64,000 nucleotides of DNA from Nibricoccus sp. (GTDB lineage Bacteria > Verrucomicrobiota > Verrucomicrobiia > Opitutales > Opitutaceae), in the NCBI GenBank assembly GCA_047602425.1, contig JASGHG010000001.1, positions 2,624,001 to 2,688,000 of the forward strand. Direction: 5' to 3'. The first letter of the stretch is position 1; the number at the start of each line of letters is the position of its first letter. This document shows, piece after piece, positions 36,361 to 46,271 of this stretch. Below the pieces are notes generated by a model. The model had not been told where the DNA came from, ran no database searches, and worked only from the letters and a program-made list of their open reading frames with translations. The position numbers were made by a program, and so were the translations under genes.

Positions 36361-36552
36361 TTAGAGCTTCGTCTTTGTAAAAGCCAATCCGAGCGCGACG
36401 CCGACACCGATGCCGAGCGCGATGCCAAGACCTACGTTGTGCAAAGAGACCCCCATTGCGGTGCCGACGCCCGTCCCGAGAGCCATACCCACGCCTAGCC
36501 CAAGTGCCTTGGATTGCTGTTTTGGTTCTTTATTGTTGTTTGGTATATTCAT
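36361..36552 (-). CDS. Small glycine-zipper membrane protein
   Basis: Repeated GxxxG motifs (GLGVGMALGTGVG...GIALGIGVG). Confidence 0.65.
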   Translation of the reverse strand: MNIPNNNKEPKQQSKALGLGVGMALGTGVGTAMGVSLHNVGLGIALGIGVGVALGLAFTKTKL

Positions 36553-36631
36553 AGTACTCTGATGTCACGCGAGATGTGGGGTGCAACGCGCGCAACGATA
36601 GCAGACATTGCCGTGATGACAAACGGAGCGC

Positions 36632-36667
36632 AAAAAAGCCCGGCGATGCGGGCCGGGCTCTTTTTTT
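36632..36667. terminator. Bidirectional intrinsic terminator
   Basis: A6-GCCCGGC/GCCGGGC-T-rich tail. Confidence 0.75.
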
Positions 36668-36687
36668 GGGAGTTTTCGTTCCAGAAT

Positions 36688-37683
36688 TTACGGCTGCTGC
36701 ACGGCGTCGTCGTAGAATTTGACGATATTGCGGAAGTCGTCGCCTTCCATGAACTGCATTGCCGCTTTCGGATGCTGGTTCAGGTAGCCGGTTAGCATGT
36801 ACGGAATGGCGAAACCCCAGCGAAGCGCTTCACGGTGTGGTTCCACGGTGTTCTGGATGGCTTCGAGGATCGGGCGCATCTTGAACTTTGGGTTGTGCAA
36901 GAAACTGAGGGCGAGTTCCAATGGGCAGTTGCCGGCGCCGCGGCCAAGGCCGGCGATGCTCGCATCAACGTAATTACAACCCAGCACGATCGCCTCGATG
37001 GTATTGGCGAAGGCGAGTTGGAGATTGTTGTGCGTGTGAATGCCGAGCTCCTTTTTTGCTGGCACAGTGAATTTTTGGAAGCGCTGGACGAGGCCGCGGA
37101 TCTGCTCACTGTAGAGCGTGCCAAAGCTGTCGACAACGTAGAGAATGTTGACGGGGCTCTGCACAATGATCTCGAGCGCGCTTTCGAGTTCGCTCTCGGG
37201 TACCGTGGACACGGCCATGATGTTGAGCGCAGTCTCGTAGCCTTTGTTGTGGGCGTCGTTGACGATCTCAAGGGCCGAGGGAATCTGATGGATGTAAGTG
37301 GCGACGCGGACCATGTCGACGACGCTCTTTTCGCGGGGGAGGATGTCGTTGAAATCGGTGCGCTCGGCATCGGCCATGACGGAGATTTTGGTGGCGCCCT
37401 TCTTTTCGCCGATGGCGCGGCGCATGTTTTCCTCGGTACAGAATTTCCAGAGACCGTATTGAGTCTTGGGATACATGCTGGCCATGCCCTTGTAACCAAT
37501 TTCCATGTAGTCGACACCCGCGGCACAATCGGCGGCGTAGATTTGCTGCACGAATTCGAGCGGGAAATTGTGATCGTTCATCAGGCCGCCATCGCGAACG
37601 GTGCAGTCGACGACCTTAATCTCGGGACGATAGCCGACCCAGCCTTTATTGCCGGTGGCGTGTGTAGTGGCTTCTTTGCTCAT
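36688..37683 (-). CDS. HMGL-like (DRE-TIM) aldolase, 4-hydroxy-2-oxovalerate aldolase-like
   Basis: DCTVRDGG, VDSFG, HTHNN, GRGAGNC. Confidence 0.85.
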   Translation of the reverse strand: MSKEATTHATGNKGWVGYRPEIKVVDCTVRDGGLMNDHNFPLEFVQQIYAADCAAGVDYMEIGYKGMASMYPKTQYGLWKFCTEENMRRAIGEKKGATKISVMADAERTDFNDILPREKSVVDMVRVATYIHQIPSALEIVNDAHNKGYETALNIMAVSTVPESELESALEIIVQSPVNILYVVDSFGTLYSEQIRGLVQRFQKFTVPAKKELGIHTHNNLQLAFANTIEAIVLGCNYVDASIAGLGRGAGNCPLELALSFLHNPKFKMRPILEAIQNTVEPHREALRWGFAIPYMLTGYLNQHPKAAMQFMEGDDFRNIVKFYDDAVQQP

Positions 37684-37809
37684 GGGGGTTGGTGGTGGGT
37701 GAAAGACCTTCATGCTGCCCCCTTGCGTGGCATGCGGGCAACGAGAATTACACCGCGTTTTTTGACATGCGTTAGTCTCTGACCTCGAGCGGCCATTGAA
37801 GCTTGCTGG

Positions 37810-38487
37810 TTACCGATGCGCGTTGGCCAACGGTTTGGTGTTGGTCAAATAGTTGGCGAGTTCGCTGATGGTGAGGAAGACGGCACCGTTGCGTTTGAGG
37901 TCGGCGAGGATGGCGGGCATTTGTTCGAGCGTTTCTTTGCGCCATTCGTGGAAGAGGATAACGGTGCCGTCCTTCACATTGGTCAGGGCATTTTTGCGGA
38001 GTTGGTCGGCGGAAACAGAAATGTCCCAGTCACTGGAGGAAACCAAATGCCCGGGGCGAAAAATTTTCATCGTGGTTTTAGCGACAGTTTTTTCGAGATC
38101 GGGCGTGATTTCGACGAAGGGCGGCCAGTACCAAGTCGGACGAACGCCAATTTTGGTTTCAAGGACGTCGAGAGCCGCGAGCACTTCGTGGTCGAGTGCT
38201 TTTTGGTCGAGGCCGGCCGGATGCAGATGCTCGTAAGAATGATTGGCAATTTCGTGTCCTGCGGCGATGGCGGTTTTGGCAGGTTGTGGATGAGCTTCGA
38301 CGTTTTTGGCAACGAAGCTGAAGGTGGCGTGGATTTTCTCGCGCTTGAAGAGTTCAAGGAATTTTTCCAACTGGTCGGGAGTCGGACCGTCGTCGATCAA
38401 CAGCGCGATGTGCATGGGCTTGGGTGTTTGGGCGGGAAGGAGCGAAACGCAGAGCAGGAAAAGAAAGGGTAGAAAGAATTTCTTCAT
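37810..38487 (-). CDS. Secreted CE4 polysaccharide deacetylase
   Basis: IDDGP, ATF, GHEIANHSYEH, SSDW, VILFHE. Confidence 0.85.
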   Translation of the reverse strand: MKKFFLPFLFLLCVSLLPAQTPKPMHIALLIDDGPTPDQLEKFLELFKREKIHATFSFVAKNVEAHPQPAKTAIAAGHEIANHSYEHLHPAGLDQKALDHEVLAALDVLETKIGVRPTWYWPPFVEITPDLEKTVAKTTMKIFRPGHLVSSSDWDISVSADQLRKNALTNVKDGTVILFHEWRKETLEQMPAILADLKRNGAVFLTISELANYLTNTKPLANAHR

Positions 38488-38554
38488 GGGGCGAAGGCTT
38501 AGTCGGTTCCTGGAGGGAAGCGGATAGGGCAGTTAACGGCAATGTTTCAAAGCA

Positions 38555-39106
38555 TCACCTTGATTTTGTGAACGCGAGTTTGGCGGAATGGGCGCGGATG
38601 CGGCGAATTTCGGCGGTAGGGATGCCGAGGGATTCGAGGAAATCCTGATGGGCGGGCGGAGATTGTTTTTCGAACGCAGCGTGCCACTGCATCATCTCGG
38701 TGTCGTTCAGGCCGATGGAGCGAAGGAGATGGACCCATTTTTCTTTGGTCATGGCGCGGGCGAGGCGGTCGTGGCCTTTTCGCGGAAGCAGCTTGAGCAC
38801 AATTTCCTGCTGGCGGCGAAGCGCGGCAATCTCGTGATTGAGTTCGGTCAGGCGTCGGTGAAGAGCGGCGGCGATGCGAGTGCGCGAGGGGCGGGCGTCT
38901 TCGAGGAGGCGCTTGATAGCCGCGAGAGGGAGGCCGGTTTGGCGATAGCGACAAATTCGGCGCAGGCGGGATTCGTCTTCGGTCGAGTAGAGACGATAGC
39001 CCGCGGCGGTGCGATAAGTCGGGCGGACCAGGTTCAGGCGGTCGTAATAAAGCAGGGTGCTGCGCGAAAGGCCGAATTTTTTCCCAATGGCGCTGATGGG
39101 TTGCAT
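38555..39106 (-). CDS. MerR-family transcriptional regulator
   Basis: GLSRSTLLYYDRLNLVRP..TAAGYRLYS, a coiled coil and a C-terminal WH..FE...P.AHQ.FL.SLGI domain. Confidence 0.9.
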   Translation of the reverse strand: MQPISAIGKKFGLSRSTLLYYDRLNLVRPTYRTAAGYRLYSTEDESRLRRICRYRQTGLPLAAIKRLLEDARPSRTRIAAALHRRLTELNHEIAALRRQQEIVLKLLPRKGHDRLARAMTKEKWVHLLRSIGLNDTEMMQWHAAFEKQSPPAHQDFLESLGIPTAEIRRIRAHSAKLAFTKSR

Positions 39107-39170
39107 GGCGAGGGCGGAGATGAAAACGCGCCAGCTGCGAGAGTTCAACCGGCGCGTGAGGAACGGGAAC

Positions 39171-39359
39171 TCAAGCCTTTCGCGAGTGAGTGCGGATTTC
39201 CTGAATCGCCGCGGCGGGCAGGCCGAGGAATTCGAGGAAGCTTTGGTGCGCGTCCGGGTGACGTTGTTCGAAGAGCGCGTGGAGGCGCTGTTTTTGCGAG
39301 TCGGAGACGCCAGCTTCATTGAGCAGGGCGACGAATTGATCTTTGGTGATTCTCTTCAT
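39171..39359 (-). CDS. 62-aa stand-alone paralogue of the neighbouring MerR C-terminal domain
   Basis: Aligns without gaps to the last ~60 aa of the MerR protein. Confidence 0.8.
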   Translation of the reverse strand: MKRITKDQFVALLNEAGVSDSQKQRLHALFEQRHPDAHQSFLEFLGLPAAAIQEIRTHSRKA

Positions 39360-39406
39360 GGCGATGTGCGTTGGTTGTGGCCGGTGGTTTTCACCGGCGA
39401 AAGCAC

Positions 39407-39437
39407 AGCATGCACTATGAAGCTGTAGACGACTCAA
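39407..39437 (-). promoter_or_regulatory. MerR-type promoter with a 19-bp spacer
   Basis: TTGAGT-N19-CATGCT with an imperfect CTA..TAG dyad in the spacer. Confidence 0.55.
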
Positions 39438-39513
39438 AACGGTTTTTGCGCGGCATCCTATTTTTGGGCGCGCGCGGGAGTGGAATTTTCGCCCGGTAGT
39501 CGGGACAAGGCTT

Positions 39514-40722
39514 TTACTTCCGCATTGCCTTGGTCACGACATCGACGGTGAAACCGCCTACGGGTTTGTCGGAGAGCAAATACATCCAGTCTTCGATTTC
39601 GGCTACGGGAATGCTGATTTTGTCATTCAACTTGTAATCGCCAAGGTTCACCGGATCGTTGCCGATACGGCCGCGGATGATATCGTCTTCGATTGCTTCC
39701 ACTGAGATCCAGATATGTTCAGTGTGTTCGCCCGACGTGAGGGGAGCTTTGACCGAGAACATGTGTTCTGGGTGACGTTTCGAAAAGGCGGCGACAAACT
39801 CCGGCCACCGCGCGCGTGCCTGGGCGATTGCGGCCTCCATATCTTCGTTATCCGGGCTGATCGGTACGACCGGCGCTAACAGATTTTCTTCGAGGGCGTT
39901 CAATCCATCGCCGGACTTAAAAGCTTGTTCCAATTCGGGCGACCACGCGAAAAAGCGCCCCGATTCCGGGTGAAAGAGGCCGATGGTGCCGGGTCCGGAG
40001 AGCTCTGCAATCAAACGGCCAATTTCCCGGTAGATGGTTTCACGGGTTGAAGAGGGGTCGAACGGATCGCTCAACAAATCCACGGAAAGCCACGCCTGGT
40101 GTTCTTCGATGGCTTTACGTATTCGCAGGTTCTTGGTCGACTCAGCAGCGGACTTTGTGTCTTCGAGATATGGCTGAGCCTGGTTGTGAATCATATACAT
40201 CCCGGAAGGCGACTTGACCATGAAGACGGGTGAACTGCCGACCACAAAGCAGGCGGCATCCTCGTCTTGCCGCGTGTATTCTCCCGGCCAGGCCGAACTA
40301 ATGATTTGAGCTAAAATGCGGTCGTCGAGCATGCGCGGCGCGCGTTCCCAGAGCACAAAGGAAAGCATGGGCTTGTCGGCTTCGCGTGAGGCTTTGCGAC
40401 GGGCGACGATCTCTTTGATTTGCAGCCAGCTGCCAATGGCGCAGGCGGCCAGTCCGCCCGCACATGTCCACCCGAAGCCCTTGAAATACCACATCAGGCC
40501 CAAAAAACCTGCACCAAAAATCGCGAGGCCAAAGGAGGCCCAACCCGACCAGGGGTAACCTCTCCACTGGCCGTAGTAAGTCACGGTGACCACGAGGCCC
40601 AATAAAACGAGAAAAACCGATTTTTCCCAGCCGCCATAGGCCGCCAGCACAGCGCCGCCGATGGCGAAGAGCAGGTCCGACAAATCGCCTTTTTCAGAAG
40701 TCTCACCGGGAGGGGAATCCAT
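39514..40722 (-). CDS. Membrane protein with a C-terminal DUF2314/YegJ-like domain
   Basis: Four N-terminal TM segments; M.AAI.QAR, EHIW, G.IGNDP, IEDWMY..GGFT. Confidence 0.75.
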   Translation of the reverse strand: MDSPPGETSEKGDLSDLLFAIGGAVLAAYGGWEKSVFLVLLGLVVTVTYYGQWRGYPWSGWASFGLAIFGAGFLGLMWYFKGFGWTCAGGLAACAIGSWLQIKEIVARRKASREADKPMLSFVLWERAPRMLDDRILAQIISSAWPGEYTRQDEDAACFVVGSSPVFMVKSPSGMYMIHNQAQPYLEDTKSAAESTKNLRIRKAIEEHQAWLSVDLLSDPFDPSSTRETIYREIGRLIAELSGPGTIGLFHPESGRFFAWSPELEQAFKSGDGLNALEENLLAPVVPISPDNEDMEAAIAQARARWPEFVAAFSKRHPEHMFSVKAPLTSGEHTEHIWISVEAIEDDIIRGRIGNDPVNLGDYKLNDKISIPVAEIEDWMYLLSDKPVGGFTVDVVTKAMRK

Positions 40723-40947
40723 TCGCTAGGACTAGCGAAACGGTTGCCTTCTGCAAGACCAGGGCACGCCGAAGATGCCGCCGTCTGTTTTGTGGTCGCC
40801 CCATTTTGCCTGCAATTTCGCGAGACCGGCAAATCTTGCCTTGGGGGGTTGGCCTTAGACGAAAATCGGGAGTCAGCTACGGCAGACGAGTGAAATTACT
40901 TTTTTAAGTAATTATAGAGTAGTTGCTAATGCGCTAATTGCAGGGGG

Positions 40948-40963
40948 TGGCATCCGCTTTGCA
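40948..40963 (+). promoter_or_regulatory. sigma54 promoter of flhB-flhA-flhF
   Basis: TGGCATCCGCTTTGCA (GG-N10-GC). Confidence 0.75.
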
Positions 40964-40983
40964 TCTGAGCATGCCACCCTTCC

Positions 40984-42120
40984 ATGTCCGATACCGACCA
41001 AGACTCAAAAACAGAGCAGGCGACCGACAAACATTTGTCGGAAGCGCGGTCAAAGGGTCAGTTCGCGAAGTCGCCGGAAATTTCGGTGGTGGCAATGCTG
41101 ACCGCGACGTTGGGCGCCTTGGCGTTAACGATGGGGACGGCGGCGAGCGAACTGGGTGGTCTGGCCGTAAGCATTTTTTCCAATTTGGGCTCGGCGCAAG
41201 TGACGACCGGAACGCTGGCTTCGCAACTAGGCGATATCATGCTGGTGATTGGGAAAGTTCTCGGTCCGATCATGGCGGCGGCGGTATTGGCCGCATTGAT
41301 TTCGGGTGGCATCCAAAGCGGTTTTCATTTCACGCCGGAGGTGCTGGGTTTTCACATTGAAAATTTGAATCCGGCGTCGGGCTTTCAAAAGCATTTTTCC
41401 AAAGCTGTATTCGTGCGCGCGGGCGTGGATTTGCTCAAATTGGTATGTATCGGAATGGTTCTATGGGTGGCGGCACGGAGCCTGTTTCGCGATCCGATTT
41501 TCACTGCGCCGGTCGAAGTGGTTTACGTCGGGCAATTCCTCGGCCGTGCGATGAAATCATTTATGTCTCGGCTCATTCTCATGCTGAGCGTGATCGCCGC
41601 GATCAGCTACTTCTACGAGTTCTACAAGACGAAAAAGGACATGATGATGACGCGTGAGGAAGTGAAGGAGGAGCACAAGCAGTCTGAAGGCGACGGCATG
41701 GTGAAAAGCGCGATGCGTCGCATGGCGCGTCGACTCGTGCAGAAGCAGATGCTGGCCAAGGTTCCAACCGCCGATGTCATCATCACCAATCCGACCCACT
41801 ACGCGGTGGCGTTGAAATACGAACGCGGCCTCGACAAGGCGCCAATCGTATTGGCGAAAGGGGAAAATCAATTCGCCCGCCGCATCAAGGCGCTCGCTGC
41901 GGAGCACGGTGTGCCAATGGTCGAGAACAAGCCTGTCGCCCGCATGCTTTATGCGCTGGGTCGCGTCGACGAAACAATTCCCTCCGAGCTATATCAGGCC
42001 GTGGCGGAGATCCTGGCCTTCGTTTATCGGACGCATCGTTACTATTTCTACCGCCTGAAATCCCGCCGGGCCGAAGCCGCCGCCGCGACACCCACGGTTG
42101 CCGAAACCGCCGGCAACTGA
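40984..42120 (+). CDS. flhB: Flagellar export protein FlhB
   Basis: KTEQAT, EVKEEHKQSEGD and the NPTH autocleavage motif. Confidence 0.96.
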   Translation: MSDTDQDSKTEQATDKHLSEARSKGQFAKSPEISVVAMLTATLGALALTMGTAASELGGLAVSIFSNLGSAQVTTGTLASQLGDIMLVIGKVLGPIMAAAVLAALISGGIQSGFHFTPEVLGFHIENLNPASGFQKHFSKAVFVRAGVDLLKLVCIGMVLWVAARSLFRDPIFTAPVEVVYVGQFLGRAMKSFMSRLILMLSVIAAISYFYEFYKTKKDMMMTREEVKEEHKQSEGDGMVKSAMRRMARRLVQKQMLAKVPTADVIITNPTHYAVALKYERGLDKAPIVLAKGENQFARRIKALAAEHGVPMVENKPVARMLYALGRVDETIPSELYQAVAEILAFVYRTHRYYFYRLKSRRAEAAAATPTVAETAGN

Positions 42121-42149
42121 CCCGAACCAGTTCAATTTCCTAAAAATCC

Positions 42150-44351
42150 ATGCCAGCCGCCGCCCCCACCGCCAACGCCGCCGTATCGAGCTCCGATTCC
42201 GCCCCCGTGCTGAACAATCTCCTGAAGCGCGCCGACCTGATCTTTACCGCCGCGCTGTTCGGCACGGTGATGCTGCTGATCGTCCCCGTGCCGCCACTCG
42301 TGCTCGACATGCTGCTCGCGCTCAGCATCGGCCTGTCGCTCATGGTGCTGCTGGTGATCGTCTACGTGAAGGATCCACCGGAGTTCTCGGGTTTTCCCAC
42401 GATTTTGCTCGGGCTGACGCTCTATCGTTTGGCGCTAAATATTTGTTCGACCCGGCTCATTTTGACCAAGGGCCACGCAGGCAATATCATTGAATCGTTC
42501 GGTCACTTTGTGATTCAGGGCAACTACATCGTCGGCTTCGTGGTGTTCCTGATTCTGATTGTGATCAACTTCGTGGTTATCACCAAGGGCGCCGGCCGCA
42601 TCGCCGAAGTAAGCGCGCGTTTCACCTTGGACGCGATGCCGGGCAAGCAGATGGCCATCGATGCCGAACTCAATGCCGGCATCATTGACGAGTCCACCGC
42701 AACGTCGCGTCGTCTGAAAATCCAGAAAGAGGCCGATTTCTATGGCGCCATGGACGGTGCTTCGAAATTCGTGCGCGGCGACGCCATCGCGGGCATCCTC
42801 ATCACGCTGGTCAACGTCATTGGCGGTTTTGCGATCGGCGTTTTCCAAATGGATCTTTCGCTCGCCGAAGCGCTTCAAAAATTCACCCTTCTCTCCATCG
42901 GTGACGGTCTCGTGGCGCAAGTCCCCGCATTGATCATCTCCGTCGCGGCCGGTATCCTCGTCACCCGCGCTTCCGACAACACGAATCTCGGCATGCAAAT
43001 TGGCCGGCAGTTCGTGAAATACCCACGGGCGCTCGGCATTGCCGCTGTGATGCTGGCTGTCTTCGGCGTGATGCCGGGCATGCCCATCCTTCCATTTTTC
43101 CTGCTGGCCAGCACGCTTGGTTATGTCGCCTGGTTGCTCAAAAAGCAAATGCCTGAAGAAGCGTCCGAGGCTACGCGCGGCGGTCCTGTCGCCGCCAAGG
43201 GCAAGGACGGCAAGCCTCTTCCCGCCGGGCAACAACCTGCGGCCACCGGCAAGACCGGCCATTCCGCCACCGACGACTTACGCAAGCTCATCGACCTCGA
43301 CGTTTTTGCCATCGAGATTGGCTACGGCCTGCTTCCTCTGGCGGATGCGGCCAAGGGCGGCGATTTGCTTTCCCGCGTGACCGGTGTCCGTCGTTCGCTC
43401 GCGAAGGATCGGGGCATCGTCATGCCGCCGGTTTCGGTGCGGGATAATCTCGAACTCGAGCCGAACGACTACCGTTTCCTCCTCCGGGGAAAGCCCATTG
43501 CTCGCGGCAATGTCCATCCGGGCCGCTGGATGGCCATGAACGTTTCCGGCAGCAACGTGCGCTTGCGCGGTGTGCCAACCCGTGAACCTGTTTTCAATCT
43601 CGAAGCCACTTGGATCGAGGAAAACGAGAAAAAGACCGCCGAACTCAACGGCTACACGGTCGTCGATCCGTCGTCGGTCATGATCACGCACCTTTCGGAA
43701 TCGCTAAAATCCGTCGCCCACTTGTTGCTAGGTCGTCAGGACGTGCAAACCCTCGTCGATCACGTGAAGGAAACGAATCCCGCACTCGTCGCCGAGTTGT
43801 TGCCCGACTTGGTCAATCTCGGCGTTATCCAGCGCGTTCTCCAGAATCTGCTGCGCGAAAATGTTTCGATCATCAACCTACCGCTCATCCTGGAATGCAT
43901 CGGCGACTTCGCCTCGCTGACGAAAAATCCCGACGACCTCAGCGAACTCGTTCGCCGCCGGCTCGGCATGTATTTTGTTCCTGAATACGAGTACCGTCCT
44001 GGCGCGATCAAGGCCCTCACGCTCGACCCGCGCCTCGAACAAATTCTTGCGGGCAAAATCCATCGCACCGCGAGCGAAGTCGGCCTCGCGCTCGAACCCG
44101 CCACCGGCCACCATTTGCTCAACGAACTCAATCAGCGCACGACCGAACTCGTGCAGCAGGGCCTGCCTGCGGCGCTCGTGGTTTCGGCGGAGATCCGTCT
44201 GCCGGTCAAACGCTTCTTCGAGCCGTCGCTCCCGCGTTTGGTTGTCCTCTCTTTCCAGGAATTGCCTAGCTCGGTCGAAGTGGAAAACGCCGGCTTCATC
44301 CCGCTGCCCGCCCACCTAAACCGAGTCGAACCCGCCAAAGTCGCCGCCTGA
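42150..44351 (+). CDS. flhA: Flagellar export gate protein FlhA
   Basis: RIAEVSARFTLDAMPGKQMAIDAEL, FYGAMDGASKFVRGDA. Confidence 0.97.
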   Translation: MPAAAPTANAAVSSSDSAPVLNNLLKRADLIFTAALFGTVMLLIVPVPPLVLDMLLALSIGLSLMVLLVIVYVKDPPEFSGFPTILLGLTLYRLALNICSTRLILTKGHAGNIIESFGHFVIQGNYIVGFVVFLILIVINFVVITKGAGRIAEVSARFTLDAMPGKQMAIDAELNAGIIDESTATSRRLKIQKEADFYGAMDGASKFVRGDAIAGILITLVNVIGGFAIGVFQMDLSLAEALQKFTLLSIGDGLVAQVPALIISVAAGILVTRASDNTNLGMQIGRQFVKYPRALGIAAVMLAVFGVMPGMPILPFFLLASTLGYVAWLLKKQMPEEASEATRGGPVAAKGKDGKPLPAGQQPAATGKTGHSATDDLRKLIDLDVFAIEIGYGLLPLADAAKGGDLLSRVTGVRRSLAKDRGIVMPPVSVRDNLELEPNDYRFLLRGKPIARGNVHPGRWMAMNVSGSNVRLRGVPTREPVFNLEATWIEENEKKTAELNGYTVVDPSSVMITHLSESLKSVAHLLLGRQDVQTLVDHVKETNPALVAELLPDLVNLGVIQRVLQNLLRENVSIINLPLILECIGDFASLTKNPDDLSELVRRRLGMYFVPEYEYRPGAIKALTLDPRLEQILAGKIHRTASEVGLALEPATGHHLLNELNQRTTELVQQGLPAALVVSAEIRLPVKRFFEPSLPRLVVLSFQELPSSVEVENAGFIPLPAHLNRVEPAKVAA

Positions 44352-44358
44352 GCCAGCC

Positions 44359-45477
44359 ATGAACACCCAAGATCAACCGTCCACGCTGCAACCCGGCGCC
44401 ACTTACCGTTTTGTCGTTCGCTCGGCCGAGGAGGCCGTGCAAACCATCCGCGAACGCCTCGGCGAAGACGCCCGCGTGCTCTCTGTCCGACAGTTGAAAG
44501 GCGAGGGGCTCGGCGGACTTTTTGGCCGGGCCAAGCTTGAAGTCGTCGCGCAAGTCGCGATTCCCGAACCGAACCTTTTGCCATATCCACCGGGAGGCGT
44601 TTCCGCCGGTACGGCTGGCGCCGCGGGCGAAGCCGCTTCGGAGGATTCGACGTTGTCGTCCCGTCTGACGGATTACGCCACGGCTCGAGCCGCCGCTGCT
44701 TCGGTGCAGCGCGATGTGCCTACGCGTCTGCCTGAACTTTTGCGTCGCGCCGGATTCTCAGAATCGGCTTTGGCTCGCTTGCAATCGCTGCCGGTTTTTG
44801 CCGCGCAGTCAGAACAACCTTTGCACCACGCCATCGCCGAGGTCGGCCGAGCGCTGCGCCAGATCGTGGAAAAGCGTCCGGCCCGGCCGCTGCCGATGCG
44901 CGTCGCCTTTTTGGGCACGCCCGGAGTGGGGCGCACGACGGCCCTCTGCAAGTGGCTTTCCCGTGAAGTTTTTTCGAAGAAGAAAATGGCGCGCGTGCTG
45001 AAGGCCGAGTTTGACCGGCCCAATCCTGCCGAGGGACTCGCGGTGTTTTGCGAGGCGCTGGGTGTGACGCTCGATTACCACGCGCCTGGCCAGGACGACG
45101 CCGGGTATGCGCCCACCGGCGAAACTCAAGGGTCTTTGTTTGCCGATTTGCCCGGTCTTTCGCTGCGCTCGCCTTCGGAAAACGCCGCCCTTGCGAAATT
45201 CCTGGATCGCGGACGCTTCACTGGCCGCGTGCTCGTGCTCAATGCCGCTTACGATGCTGCCATGCTGCGCCGTGCCTACGCCGCCGGTCGCGATCTTGGT
45301 GCGACCCACCTCGTTTTCACGCACCTCGACGAACTGGAACATTGGGGCAAGCTCTGGGACTTGCTGCTTGAGGGCGAAATGACCCCGCTGTTTCTCGCGA
45401 CCGGTCCGAGCCTCTCCGGCGATTGCGAGGAAAACCTCCTCGACGCCATCCTGCGCCGCACGCTGCCCGGAGCTTAA
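44359..45477 (+). CDS. flhF: Divergent FlhF SRP-type GTPase
   Basis: N-terminal EAVQTIRERLGEDARVLSVR; GTPGVGRTT, DLPG, FTHLDE; follows flhA. Confidence 0.8.
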   Translation: MNTQDQPSTLQPGATYRFVVRSAEEAVQTIRERLGEDARVLSVRQLKGEGLGGLFGRAKLEVVAQVAIPEPNLLPYPPGGVSAGTAGAAGEAASEDSTLSSRLTDYATARAAAASVQRDVPTRLPELLRRAGFSESALARLQSLPVFAAQSEQPLHHAIAEVGRALRQIVEKRPARPLPMRVAFLGTPGVGRTTALCKWLSREVFSKKKMARVLKAEFDRPNPAEGLAVFCEALGVTLDYHAPGQDDAGYAPTGETQGSLFADLPGLSLRSPSENAALAKFLDRGRFTGRVLVLNAAYDAAMLRRAYAAGRDLGATHLVFTHLDELEHWGKLWDLLLEGEMTPLFLATGPSLSGDCEENLLDAILRRTLPGA

Positions 45478-45512
45478 TTTTCCATCCAGACAACCGATTT
45501 TAAAAACCCGTC

Positions 45513-45782
45513 ATGCGCTTCATCTTTCTCATTGGTGGTTTCGTTTGTTTCGTGCTCGTCTCGCTCGGCGGCTGGCTGGCCGATCGTGCGATCGACAACA
45601 TCCTGCGCGATGCGGCGATCGCGGCGCTGATCGGCGGTTTTCTTTTCCGCTGGTTCTGGTCGATTTTCGTGAAACTCCTGAGTCAGGCCGTACGCGCAAA
45701 ACGCGCCGCCGAAAAGGCGCGCGAAGACGCTGCTCATGCCGCCGCGAAGGCCGCAGCCAACGCCGCCCTGAAGCGCACCTAA
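45513..45782 (+). CDS. Small two-TM protein at the end of the flh operon
   Basis: Two hydrophobic helices and an Ala/Lys-rich tail. Confidence 0.7.
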   Translation: MRFIFLIGGFVCFVLVSLGGWLADRAIDNILRDAAIAALIGGFLFRWFWSIFVKLLSQAVRAKRAAEKAREDAAHAAAKAAANAALKRT

Positions 45783-46138
45783 ATTTTTGCCCCGCTCATT
45801 CCTTTCTCGCGCCATTTGCTGAAGCAGGGATTGCCGGGGTGGATTTGCCTTGCTGGCGATGGGGTAAACCCGTTGCACCACCGCACAACTTTCACTGGAG
45901 CAACGGGATATGTCGCTACAGTTTTGAGATTTTGCGTCGTTATATATTTTGTCGAACGAGCTATTCGACGTGAGTTGCCCGGATCGCGGACCCGGGAAAT
46001 CTCGGTTGGACGGAGTGGGGAAAATTTTGCCGAGAGCCGTTTGGCTCTGGCGGCGACTTCGAGAAATTTGGCGGTTTTGCATGAAATAAATTTTTTAACC
46101 CTCTGGTATTAGCCGGGTAACGGCTCACTTAGGGTGCT

Positions 46139-46154
46139 TGGCATCACGCATGCG
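46139..46154 (+). promoter_or_regulatory. sigma54-like promoter of fliA
   Basis: TGGCATCACGCATGCG (GG-N10-GC). Confidence 0.6.
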
Positions 46155-46271
46155 ATAGGGAGATCCGTGAAGTTAGCCCACGTCCAAAACACCATAGCGA
46201 CCCTCCGGTTGCTTGCCTCCTGAAAAGTTAGCCTCCCTCGCATCTCAATCGCTCCCCAACCCTGCCGCCCT

